A stretch of DNA of 64,000 nucleotides from Rhynchobatus australiae. Lineage: Eukaryota. Shown piece after piece: positions 1 to 11,135 of the stretch; position 1 is the stretch's first letter; each line of letters starts with the position of its first letter. Made by a program: the position numbers and the translations under genes. The notes under the pieces were generated by a model. That model did no database searches. It was given only the letters and a program-made list of their open reading frames with translations, and was not told the DNA's origin. Location of the stretch: NCBI GenBank assembly GCA_034780895.1, contig JAUZTB010000066.1, forward strand, positions 6,657,238-6,721,237, given 5' to 3'.

Positions 1-206
1 ATAAGTACGATAAGGTGGACTCTTGACCCCACAATTTACCTTGTTACGGCTTTGCACCTTATTGTCTGCCTGCACTGCACTTTCTCTGTAACTGTAACCC
101 TTTATTCGGCATTCAGTTATTGCTTTTCCTTAGTACTACTGAAGTGATGAAACAATCTATGGATGACATGCAAAACAAAGTACATGTGACAGTAATAAAC
201 CAATTT
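1..206 (+). mobile_element. Rex1/Babar-like LINE 3' end fragment
   Basis: Reverse-complement match to the copies at about 3551-3840 and 46425-46660; the latter is joined to a Rex1-like RT C-terminal remnant. Family name from recalled consensus. Confidence 0.55.
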
Positions 207-1594
207 ACTTAAAGTGTCCCACCAAAGGGAGTCGCATTTAAATTCTACTGTAATCACTTAAAAATAGATGCACATTGGAGCTTCAGTTAAATCTAAAGCA
301 AAATCAAAAAAAGTAAAAGGCCAGAGATTGCAGGTGTCCTGGCTGCTCTGTCCTCTTTTTGAAATCTTGCTGTAAGCTGTTGGCTCCAGGCCCTATTTGA
401 TGGTAGGATCTTGTGTTCATAAATCCTGTCACTTGCCCGCAGGATGGCCGGTATAAGCCATGCCTGTAAAACTGGAAAATAGTCAGGTTGGCTGGATAAT
501 GCAACCATCAGAGCAGTCAGAATATTGTATATTTTTGACAACAGTCNNNNNNNNNNNNNNNNNNNNNNNNNNNNNNNNNNNNNNNNNNNNNNNNNNNNNN
601 NNNNNNNNNNNNNNNNNNNNNNNNNNNNNNNNNNNNNNNNNNNNNNNNNNNNNNNNNNNNNNNNNNNNNNNNNNNNNNNNNNNNNNNNNNNNNNNNNNNN
701 NNNNNNNNNNNNNNNNNNNNNNNNNNNNNNNNNNNNNNNNNNNNNNNNNNNNNNNNNAAACAGTTTTAAGAAAACTAACCTTTGCCGTAATTCTTTATGC
801 CTATTCTCTATTCATATCAGCAGATGAGAATACCCTGTGTCACATCTCCCTATTGTTGGATTTCCAACAGGTGGAGTCCAGCATCAGATGGTTATAGAAC
901 CCCAGAAAGCTGGGGAATCGTGGGTGAACAACAGCCAGTAAGCTCAGGACTTGCATGAACAAAATGTGTGAGCAGAATCCCAAACCTGTTGGCACTTGCA
1001 CTATTTTCTTGCCAAATTCAGCCCAATAAGTATTGACCTGAATGAGAATATAGTTCAATTTACAGAACCATCCGATGCATTAGGCCATTGGGCAACTGCA
1101 GCTATGTCGGGTCTTTGACAGAATTGGCTTGTTCATCCCGCTCTTTGCTCTTTCTTTGTAGCCCTGCAATTTACCCCCTCCCCTAATTTGTAGTTATTTA
1201 ATTTGAAATTTGGGGTGGAAAGAAATCATGGTCTCAATTTGCATGGGATTTTACTGTAGCCAAAGCCCGCTAGTATACATTGAGATTTTTATTGTCAAAT
1301 TAAAAAATGAAAACAAAATGTTGAACAGGAATAAATGCAAAATTTTGCACGTTTACAAAATTTCTATTCAATACTTTGTTAACATACAATTTAATGGTAT
1401 CATTTGATATACGGTAATTGGTTAAGCAAATTATTTTACTTAATATGTAAGTCAGATTTTTCTATTTTTGTCAGTCATTTATCAACATCATTGTTCTGTG
1501 TAAATGAATAGAATTAGCATCAAGAGCTTGTGTCAAGACCTACAAGTTTGATCATCTCTTCCTGTGTTTTCCAGCTTTTCCACAGTGTTTGACA

Positions 1595-1729
1595 ATGAAG
1601 GAAGAAATTCAGCGACTGCTGGTGCAGTTCAAGGACGAGGGTGGGGAGGTTCTGGGGTCACCTTTCGATGTCCCCATCGACATAACACCTGACAAACTGC
1701 AACTCGTGTGCAATGTTCTGCTGCCCAAG
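1595..1729 (+). CDS. nle1: Notchless homolog 1, first coding exon ([45 protein letters not shown]; NLE/ubiquitin-like domain)
   Basis: Translation matches the NLE1 N-terminus (human [34 protein letters not shown]). Pyrimidine tract with CAG acceptors at 1574 and 1585; ATG 1595 in ACAATGA context; donor AAG|GTAAAA, phase 0. Confidence 0.93.
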
Positions 1730-1819
1730 GTAAAAGCATTTATAGTACCTCCACATGTCTTACACAGCCTCTGGCACCCTTCAAATGGCTATTGTGGCTT
1801 CAATTGTCTCAAGAGAAAA

Positions 1820-2020
1820 TAAAGACTTGCATTTCTTAAGTGCCTTTCATATCTGTTTCTGTAAAGTCCTGAAGTAATTTACAGCTAATAAAATATGCCA
1901 GCAGTGTGTCTTTGTTATGATGTAGGAAACGTGGCAGGCAAGTTGGCATGGCAGCACAGAAAGCTCCCACAAGCAGCAATGTGGTAATGACCAGATTTTT
2001 GTAGTGATATTGTTTGAGGG
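1820..2020 (-). mobile_element. DeuSINE (SacSINE1-like) 3' fragment
   Basis: aaagacttgcattt...gtaggaaacgtggcag...agctcccacaagcagcaatgtggtaatgaccag is the reverse complement of the DeuSINE 3' part; similar to copies at 9310 and 14660. Confidence 0.55.
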
Positions 2021-2519
2021 TTAAATAATTTCTCCCTCCCCCACTGAATGCCAGATGAGGTTTTGTTTGCCCATGTCCTTAGCCTAAGATTTGGAATTCA
2101 TTCCCTAGACATCACAGACTTTCCCTTTTATTAAAATGCTTCTTTAAAACCTCCCCTTAATTGTCTATTCACCCAAAAATCTTCATTGTCTTGTGTCCAG
2201 ATTTATTTTGTGAAGCGCCCTGGTGCTGTTTTCATCATTATAAATACAAATTATTAATAAGTTGATGATTTCATTTATTTAACCCCTAAAAGAGAAGAAA
2301 GATAAGAGAACTTGTGTGCATTTTCAGAAAATACGTGCATTTATGTAGCACTTTCCATGACCCAAGGACATCCCACAGATCTTGCAGGCTTTTGAAATGT
2401 GTTTATTATAACAAGGTAGCCATTACTATACATTGAAAAACTTTTTTGTTAAATGCTTTATACTACTATTCCATGTCTTCTATAAGCTGTAGTATTCTCA
2501 TCAAATTTCCTCATGACAT

Positions 2520-2795
2520 AGGAGGTGGCTATTTTGGCCCATCGAGTCTAAGATACCTCCCAGAGTAATCCTATTCCACACTAATTTTCACTGTGGCATT
2601 CCCGTTATCTCCTCCCAGATTCTACCACTCGCTTTCACATAAGGGGCAATTTATAATGGCCTCTTAACCTGCCAGCCTGCATGTCTTTGGGATGTGGGAG
2701 GAAACCGGTCACAGGAAGAACATGCAAGCTCAGTCAGGACTGAATGCTGGTCACTGGAGCTGTGAGGCAACAGCTCTACCAGCTGTAACACTGTA
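2520..2795 (-). mobile_element. V-SINE (HE1-like tRNA-derived SINE)
   Basis: gtctttgggatgtgggaggaaaccgg V-domain motif (reverse orientation), with the tRNA-like head at the right end. Confidence 0.65.
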
Positions 2796-3314
2796 TGGGT
2801 CATCATGACCAGGTAACCTTTCTCTAGAATAATGCCAATTAGGAATTAAATGTCGGACAGGACATGAGGGATGACTGTCCTGCTCATTTTCAAAGTACTG
2901 GGATCTTTTACCTCTGTTGTAACATCTCATCTGAAAGGCTGCACCACCAAAAGCAGCACTCCTTCAGTACTGCATTGAATTATCAGCCTAAATCTTTGTG
3001 TTGAACTTCTTGTACACAAAACTTATCAGTTCGGATGAGAGGACTATGTAATGAGCCTCAGCTGACACGATCACAATGAAAGGATGGGATTCAGGTTCAC
3101 CAAGCAATGAGAGCCTTCTTGGGCCTTAGTGGGTGAGGCAAGATGTACTGAAAAATGTTGGTTGTGTGCCTGTATCTTACAGCCAGAACATAGGCAGGGT
3201 ATTTGGTCGGTAGTTGACCACCACTACTGTGGATTATGGGGAGAGCTTTCTGGGAATCAATCTTCTGACCCTCCTCTTCATCCACATTTCAACAATGCAC
3301 CCATTGCCAGTGAG

Positions 3315-3545
3315 TGGAACAGTGGCGGGGAAGTTGGTGCTGCTGTCTCACAGCTCCCTTGCTTTGATTCTGGCCTCAGATGTTGTCTGTGTGGAGCCTG
3401 CGATTCTCCCTGTGACCACGTGGGGTTCTCTCAGGTACTTTGGTTTCCTCTCACTCCTCAAAGATACGTTGTTAGTTGATTAATTGGCAAATATAAATAA
3501 CCTCCAGTGTAGATGGATGGTAGGGGAATCGGTGGAGAGTTAACG
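3315..3545 (+). mobile_element. V-SINE (HE1-like)
   Basis: tRNA-like head followed by gtctgtgtggagcctgcgattctccctgtgaccacgtggggttctctcaggtactttggtttcctc (V-domain). Confidence 0.65.
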
Positions 3546-3550
3546 GAGTA

Positions 3551-3840
3551 ATTGGTTTATTTTTGTCACGTGTACTGAGATACAGTGGAAAAACTTTGGT
3601 TTACATGCCATCCAGACAGATCATTCCAAGCATAACTACATTGAGCTAGTACAAAGGTAAAAGCAATAACAGAATGCAGAATTATAGTGTTACAAAGTGC
3701 AGGTAGACAAAATGCAAGGGCTATGATGAGAAAGATTGAGAGATCAAGAGTTCACCTTTATCAGNNNNNNNNNNCATGCAAGAGGTCCATTCAATAGTCT
3801 AATAACAGCAGGATGGAAGCTGTCCTTGATGGTACATGTT
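3551..3840 (-). mobile_element. Rex1/Babar-like LINE 3' fragment nested in the V-SINE
   Basis: Same family as 1-206 and 46425-47190. The SINE/CR1-type tail (ggccaaatggcc) resumes at about 3845-3940. Confidence 0.5.
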
Positions 3841-4700
3841 TTGAGAGAATAGTTTACAGGGAAATAAATGGGTGAAAGGGGTTGATGGGATAAATGAGAA
3901 CCAGCATCAACTAAATGGGCCAAATGGCCACCTCCCATGTCAAAGAATTGTGAAGTAGTTTAAAAAAAATACTGTGGGCTCTTCTGAGGTGCTGGAAAGT
4001 GATAGATACGTGCAAGGTGTTGTCTTTGTGCAAGAACTTGGAGCTCAGTTATACTACTGTTGTGTTCAGTTTAAATCTCACAAGATGGTGATATGATGGA
4101 AAGGTTGAAAAGGAAGGTCAAAAGACTGATTCCCAGTATAAAACATCTTCCTGAGACTCGGAAACTGAAATCCAGTCTCAATCTGATTAAGTTTTATGAA
4201 TTGAAGGGAATAAGTCACGTTTGATTTAAGTTGACTGTTCTCATTAAATAGCTTGAGTACAGGATGATGGGAGCTACTTTTTGTCAAAGAATACTGGACA
4301 TGTGAACCAAGTTGCCATCTTATACGCTGGACATGGATACACTGAATTCCTTCAAGCAAGTGTTGGGCCAGTTTCTGAATGGGGTGGGAGGTCATATCTT
4401 AGAAAGGGAGTTAGGTCAAGTTGAGATCTCTTGGTTAGTTTTCATCACCTGAGAGGGATGCCAGAAATATTCCCAGATTTACATCCCCCTTAAATTGTCC
4501 TTTATGTAAAATTGTTCAAGGAAATCCCATCACTGTGTAGAGAGTGAACTAAATACTACAAATTGTGTCAAGCGGGCTAGTTTATTGGTTCCTTTGCCCA
4601 TTGTTGTTCTCGTGCTGTAAAAAGACAAAATTCCATTGGGAATGAGTGGAGAAATGAACAGCCTAAATGGGAGAATTTTCTTTTTGTCTTTTACCTTCAG

Positions 4701-4918
4701 GAGGATCCATTGCCTTTGGCTTTCTACGTGAATGAGACTGAAATAGTCACCTCACTAGAGAAGACACTGCAAGAGCAGCAAGTGGAGACAGAAAAGATTA
4801 TTGACATAATTTATCAACCACAAGCAGTATTTCGGGTTCGGGCAGTGACACGATGCACAAGCTCTTTAGAAGGACACACTGAGGCTGTCATTTCTGTGGC
4901 TTTTAGTCCCTCTGGAAG
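4701..4918 (+). CDS. nle1: nle1 coding exon 2 (EDPLPLAFYVNETEIV...EGHTEAVISVAFSPSG)
   Basis: Acceptor ttttaccttcag|GAG; near-identity to NLE1; ends AG|GCAAGT (GC donor), phase 2, in frame with the next exon. Confidence 0.95.
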
Positions 4919-5944
4919 GCAAGTCCTTCGAAGAACATAGAACTCAAAATTGTTTGGATCTTGTGCCATTGTAATGCACATAATACTTTCTACATTATTT
5001 TGATGTCTGTCCCTGGTTTTAAAATCAGAGGAAACATATTTAAGGTGAAGCATAAGAGCTAGAGGAAAGATTTAAGGGAGGGACTTTATCATGCAGAGTG
5101 GCAGTGATATAAAACATTGTCTGGAGGGCTGGTGGAAGTCAATTGGGGGTTGGGAGACAGGAAAAGAGCAGATGAATGGGACTGAATAGGTGGCCTGATA
5201 GGGAGCCAGTCTGGTGGTAGTTGTTGCTGACCAGGACACTGAGAACCTCTTCTTTGAATCTGAAATGCCTCTGGCCTCTCATCTCATACACCCAAGAGGT
5301 ACGAGATGACAGGAGAGCAAGGAACTTAAACACATCATACAACTGCTTGAACCTCCTCCATCACTCACTAATGGACAAGCTGAGCTCATGCATCATCTTC
5401 ACTTCTTTTGCTCTATCTATTTCTTTGTTCCATTCTTTATCATTTTGCCTTGTTCTGAGCCCCAGTCTGTGATGTTGATATGAAAATATTTCACGTGTCT
5501 TGAGGGTTTATTCAAAGCATTCCTTTGGCTTCCTCATTTCTTTCCCAAACTGAGTTGGGCAATGCAGCAATTGTTTTAGTCGGGTTGCTTTACGCTTGCT
5601 CAGAAAATGCATGCTGCAACTTTACTGATACTGGATAAACAGGCCCTCAATGCTGAACATGCTAGCCTCAGTAAGGGCACTGGAGTCAGTGNNNNNNNNN
5701 NNNNNNNNNNNNNNNNNNNNNNNNNNNNNNNNNNNNNNNNNNNNNNNNNNNNNNNNNNNNNNNNNNNNNNNNNNNNNNNNNNNNNNNNNNNAGGGCACTG
5801 GAGTCAGTGTGGTTATCCTCCCATTTTATGTTAAAAATCTTCCAAAGAAAGTCCTGGTTCTGGTATTCCATTGGCTTTCTGCCGACATTAACTTAATCAA
5901 TCAAATAGCCTCCATCTGTGTTGTAGGAGGTGATGTATCCTAGA

Positions 5945-6265
5945 ATTAGAGAAACGTACAGCACAGAAACAGGCCCTTTCAACCCACCTCATTCATGCTG
6001 ACCGTATTGCTTATCTATGCTAATCCTCTTTGCCTGCATTTAGCTATGTGCCTCTCTGCCTTTCCTATCTAAGTACCTGTCTAAATGCCTTTTAAATGTA
6101 ATGGTATTTGCCTCTACTATGACTGGCAACTCATGTCAGATAACCACTACCCTCTGTGTGAAAACTTACCCTTCAGATATCCTTAAAGTTTCTCATTTCT
6201 CAATTTAAACCTGTGCCCTCTAGTTCTAGACTCCTGTGCGCTGGGATAAAGACCCTGACTATCCT
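5945..6265 (-). mobile_element. CR1/HER1-like LINE 3' fragment
   Basis: acagcacagaaacaggccct tail and ttaaacctgtgccctctagtt (KTRGHRFK-like on the minus strand). Confidence 0.65.
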
Positions 6266-6519
6266 GTCCTGTCTGTTCTGAAACAGGAAAAGCATTTAAG
6301 ATATTATAAAGAATGAATATGATGATCTGAAGTGAAAGAAGTGTTCTGATTGTTACACCCTAAACCCCACAGTACTGATTCTCGTGCATGTGATTGCAAA
6401 CTGTTTTAAAACACACTACTTGCTAAGTGCAAGTAATGCTGTAGTGTAATTTTGTTTTGGACTGGCAACCTGGCCTCCACTGTCATTAGCATTGTTAGAT
6501 ATTCTCAGGAATGATGAAG

Positions 6520-7310
6520 AATCATAGAATTACCCAGCACTGCAACAGACCCTTTCGACTCACCTCATCGATGCCTACTGACGCTTAATTATGCTGATTT
6601 AATTTGCCCACATAAGGCCTGTATCCTATGCCTTTCCTACCCAGCACCGGTCCAAATACCTTTTACATTTTGTAATTGTATCTGCCTCTAGCACCTCCTC
6701 TGGCAGCTTGTTCTAGAATACATCACCCTCTGTGTGGAAAACTTACCCATCAGATCTCCTTTAAATTTCTGTCCTCTCACCTTAAATCTGTGCCCTCTAG
6801 TCCTCTCCTGCCCTGGTGAAAAAGACTATCTATCCTATCTTACTTCATAATTTTGTAAACCTCTGTAACGTCAACCCTCAGCATCCTATGTTCCGGTGAG
6901 AACAAACCCAGCCTATCCAATCTCTCCTTATAACTACAACTCTTTATTCGAGGCAACATCCCGGTGCATCTCCTCTGCACTCCCTCCATGGCTATTGTAT
7001 TCTTCCTCAGGTGTGGTGACCAGAACTGTACACAATACTCCATGTGTGGTCTAACCAGTGGTATGTACAACTGCAACATGATCTTCCAGATCTTGTACTC
7101 AATACCCCAGCTTGTGAAGGTAATCACACTAAATGACGNNNNNNNNNNNNNNACCTTATCCACCTGTGTCGCCACTTTCAGCAAGCTATGGACTTGCACT
7201 CCAAGGTCCCTCTGTACATCAACGCTCCTAAGGTCATTGCCGTATACTCTATATGTCCTACTAGAATTTGATTTCCAAAGGTGCATTACTGCACACTTTC
7301 TGGATTAATT
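6520..7310 (-). mobile_element. CR1/HER1-like LINE 3' portion (RT C-terminal remnant)
   Basis: ORF 6840-7286(-) contains QRDLGVQV...LVRPHMEYCVQFWSPH...YKERLDRLGLFS, the characteristic CR1 ORF2 C-terminus. Confidence 0.85.
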
Positions 7311-8140
7311 CGAAAGATTAAATTCTTGAGATTAAAAGGGTAGATGATGGAAGAACCCTTCTGTTGGCTATAGAATCTCACACCCGGGGGTCTTAGTGAA
7401 AACTGAGATGAGAAGAAATTTCTTCATTCAGAGGAATCTCTGGAATTATTTGCCTCAGATGCAATGTTGTTTGAGCTTGGTAGATATTTTGGGTACTGAA
7501 CGAATCAAGGGGAATGGGAAAGGTGCAGAGGTGAAGATCACTGTTATTGAATGGCAGTGCCACTGAAGAATACCAGGAAGTATTTGGGCATTTGTTGTAA
7601 TTTCTTGTAAATGTTCTCATCTTTATTTTCCATATTGTGAAATATTTGAAACAAGCTGAAAATTTGGCTGCTTACTTCCTGGTTTGATGATGAGAATGCG
7701 ATGCTGTCCCATCTTGACAGTATTGTGGTTGCTGGCCAGAAAGGAACCTCTTAAACAGCAACAGAGAGTCAGGAATGTCAAGGTCAATGCCACAGAGATT
7801 GTTAAATGTTCAGAAGCCAATAAGTGAGATTGGTGCTTAGTTAATGGATTGGTTTGATGGCACAATGAATGTATTTCCTTATTGGCAATATGAGTGTAAA
7901 GAACGTTATCTACTGATTGTATTGTATTTCCTTTATAGATTTTTACAAACCAAATTTATTATTGAAATATAAAAGAAGAATAATAGATCTTTATGGCCTG
8001 CTTTCTTAGAGATCAGCAGTGAGCTAGTTTAGTGTACAAATGTTGGTTATTGTTATTTTTCTGGCATGGTTTCTTGCGCACAATTTTGCTATTGTGAATG
8101 GTTATTGTGCATAGCACTGACCCAGTGTCTCTTTTTAAAG

Positions 8141-8220
8141 GTATCTAGCAAGTGGATCAGGAGACACCACAGTACGGTTCTGGGATCTGTCAACAGAAAC
8201 TCCACACTTCACAGCCAAAG
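8141..8220 (+). CDS. nle1: nle1 coding exon 3 ((R)YLASGSGDTTVRFWDLSTETPHFTAK(G))
   Basis: Acceptor ctctttttaaag|G; WD40 sequence nearly identical to NLE1; donor AAG|GCAAGT (GC), phase 1. Confidence 0.95.
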
Positions 8221-8621
8221 GCAAGTTCATGCTTAATATGTTAATGTTATATTTCCTGCACAAAACACAATCCTCATTTCTCCTATTTCACCTGTGACTC
8301 AATGGTGTGACACAACTTTGGAACACAAAGCAGGAAGTTGAGTGCCTCCCCAAAGATTTAGGTTTGCAAATACATTTTTAATTAANNNNNNNNNNNNNNN
8401 NNNNNNNNNNNNNNNNNNNNNNNNNNNNNNNNNNNNNNNNNNNNNNNNNNNNNNNNNNNNNNNNNNNNNNNNNNCCTGATCCCACTTGCATAGTGTTTAA
8501 ATTGGTTTCTTGGATACACTGTTTACAGCTGTATTGCTGATCTGCTATTAACCACCTGCTTTTTAACACATAGTCTGCTTTGTCTTTCTAAAGAGAAATT
8601 ACTCACTCCAGCCAAGCACAA

Positions 8622-8624
<3 letters not shown>

Positions 8625-8657
<33 letters not shown>

Positions 8658-8870
8658 GCACGCGCGTATATATACACACACACCACACGCATACATTTCT
8701 GCATGCACATATGCATCCCTCGGTGTATATAGGGTGCACCCCTCTGTGCATAGTCGTATGTGCACCCCTTTGTGCATATGAGCACAGTCCCCAGATTGTG
8801 GGCACATGTACATCTGTATACACATGCCCCTCTGTGTACAAAAGCACATGAACACACACAAGGGTGTATT
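8625..8870. repeat. (TG)15 microsatellite followed by degenerate CA/TG-rich low-complexity tract
   Basis: tgtgtg... at 8625-8654, then cgcacgcgcgtatatatacacacac and repeated tgtgcata/tgcacc units. Confidence 0.9.
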
Positions 8871-9309
8871 TCTGTACAGATCATTTGCTGATATTATGTG
8901 ATGTGGCTCATGCTAGCTGTGCCATCAATTAATGCTCATCCCTAACTGTCTGCTGCAGTCCCTGCATTATAACAGTGGCTGCAGTTCAAAACTATGTTAT
9001 TTGCTGTTGTGCTTTGGGATATCATGTAATTGTAATTGGCATAAACTTGGTTGCTGATTGTGGAATAAAACAGAAAAATGATGGGCCAAAAGCAACAGAT
9101 GGCGCTATTCCTCCACTTGGGGCTGAAGCACACCATGGGGAGAGAACAAGCTTCAAATGATGCTGCAATCAAGCTGAAAATGCTTGATGCAGAGAAAACA
9201 TTGAGCAGTCCATCTCCCAGCACTGACTTCACTGTGATGATCAGAATAGTCACTGGAAAAAAATACTTTATTTGAAGAAGCTGATTGTTGTGGCATAGAG
9301 TCTGTGTTG

Positions 9310-9690
9310 TGTTAGCTGTGTCTCACTGGGTAGAACTTGACCTCTAAGTCAGAGGTTGCCGTTTCATATCCCACTCAGACTAGAGTGCAGAGTGCAAGTC
9401 GAACAACCCACAGATGGAGCACTGTGCTGTTGGAAGTGCCAGCTTTTGGATGAGATGTCGAACTCCAGCTCGTCTGTCCTCCAAGGTGGATGCAAAAGGA
9501 ACAGAGGGATTCCAGTATTTATCCTAAATGCCAACACCAAAAAAAAGGGGATTATCTTAATTTGCAAAGATTGGCTATCACCATTCCTAGATTGCAACTG
9601 TATCAGCATTTAAATAAATAACTGCAGTGGTTTAAAACTCTTTGGGACACCCTGAGGTTGTGACAGGAGCTTTGAAATGCAAATTTCAGA
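9310..9690 (+). mobile_element. DeuSINE (SacSINE1/AmnSINE-related), near full length
   Basis: tRNA-like head, Deu-domain-like gttggaagtgccagcttttggatgagatgtcgaac...ggtggatgcaaaagg, and tail ctttgggacaccctgaggttgtgacagg...aaatgcaa. Confidence 0.65.
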
Positions 9691-10094
9691 TCTGAAGCTG
9701 TTCTGTCAGTAGTTAATAATCATGAATAAACATATCACCATTGGTTTCCTTTGAACTCTGCCATCCAAAGTCATGACTTGTATTTATTGAATCCTTTTGC
9801 CATATAACGGATGCGTCATGCTCTTTAAAATAGTGGGCTTAATTAATTTTATCTATGCTGCTGTCTGAATATATAATTTCAAGACCATTCTGTGCAGTTA
9901 CGAATTGAGCTTCTCTGAGTACCAGTGGACCAACTTTGAAACCCATCTCCTTCCAACCAACAACTTGTCAAAAAGCCTCAATAAATTACCACGAATAAAA
10001 TAATGTTCTGAATTATGTATTTTATTAGTAATTCAGAGCTGAAGGAATTGTTTTAAGTTAATGTGTCTACTGTGAATTTCATTTCTTTCCTCAG

Positions 10095-10171
10095 GTCACA
10101 AGCACTGGGTATTGAGCATAGCTTGGTCTCCTGATGGGAAAAGGCTAGCATCTGGTTGCAAGAATAGTCAG
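10095..10171 (+). CDS. nle1: nle1 coding exon 4 ((G)HKHWVLSIAWSPDGKRLASGCKNSQ)
   Basis: tttcctcag|GT acceptor; CAG|GTATTT donor; matches NLE1. Confidence 0.95.
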
Positions 10172-10580
10172 GTATTTAAGCTTCTAAAAACTCCCAAACT
10201 TTCAAGTTTATTTTGTTTATCCTCTGCTCATCTTGTTATGTTTGAATTCCCCTCCACACCACCCCCAATCTCTCTCCCATCACGTCCNNNNNNNNNNTCC
10301 CCAGAGAAAGGAGATAAGAAGCTGTTAAAACATCTGGAGATTGGGTGGGGGCAAATTTTACTTACTACCGTTGTGATTCCCTTGAACATCAGCATGCTCG
10401 GAGAAACCGCTGTTATGTTGAACAATTTGGCTTGCCAAGCATTGCCTGCGTGAGCTAGCTGAAGACTGGGGGATCTTTACAGCAAGTTGCTATTGAAGCA
10501 TTGCCAGAGTGTGTATTTTTTAATTTAAGAAGTCGTATGTTTTTTTGGGGCAAAGTCATATGTTGCCTGTGTAATTTCAG

Positions 10581-10678
10581 ATATTCCTCTGGGACCCAAG
10601 CACAGGAAAACAAATTGGAAAGGTTCTGACAGGACACTCTAAGTGGATTACATATCTCTGCTGGGAACCACTACATGT
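10581..10678 (+). CDS. nle1: nle1 coding exon 5 (IFLWDPSTGKQIGKVLTGHSKWITYLCWEPLH(V))
   Basis: aatttcag|ATA acceptor; GT|GTGAGT donor; matches NLE1. Confidence 0.95.
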
Positions 10679-10729
10679 GTGAGTGAATAATTCATAAAGG
10701 GGTTTGAGGCCAGGTTTACTATTGCTTAT

Positions 10730-11135
10730 GGACTCATACAGCATAGAAACAGGCCCTTCGGCCCACCCCATCTACACTGACCATCGTGCCCATACTAATG
10801 CCTGCATTAATTCCATGTCCCTTTATGTCTTGCTCGTTCAAGTACCTGTCAAGGTGTCTCTTAAATGTTGTTGTTGTTCCTGTCTCCACCACCACCTCTG
10901 GCAGCTGATTCCTGATACCAACTACTCTTCGTGTGTGAAAAACTTAGATCTCTTTTGAACCTCCTTCCTTTCACCTTAAGCCTCTGCCCTCTAGTTTTAG
11001 ATGCCCTTACCATGGATGCCCTTACCCTATCAATGCCTCCTGTAATGTTATATACCTCTATCATGTCATCTCTCAGCTTCCTTCACTCCAGGGAAAACAG
11101 ACCTAACCTATCCAATCTCTCCTGATAACTCCTGA
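10730..11135 (-). mobile_element. CR1/HER1-like LINE 3' fragment
   Basis: Minus-strand translation SYQERLDRLGLFSLE and SKTRGQRLKVKGRRFK; acaggcccttcggccca tail. Confidence 0.8.

Noticed and set aside
1571-1597. Two acceptors (1574, 1585) and an ORF-track start at TTG 1589 suggesting an N-terminal extension of NLE1
   Set aside because: ATG 1595 has good context and gives a complete protein. The upstream exon is not identifiable in the window, so the acceptor choice cannot be resolved.
5672-5810. Direct repeats flanking N runs (agggcactggagtcagtg here; tctgtttttattacaa at 12531-12630; gtatctcaa at 25606-25705) that look like TSDs around hidden insertions
   Set aside because: All three gaps are exactly 100 N, the usual unknown-size placeholder, so overlapping contig ends are the simplest explanation. 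A heterozygous insertion cannot be excluded without reads.
8523-8884. Overlapping ORFs rich in HT/CV repeats
   Set aside because: Translations of the TG/CA microsatellite.
9078-9275. 65-aa ORF (MMGQKQQMALF...) in an nle1 intron
   Set aside because: No recognisable homology or splice context; length is within chance expectation.
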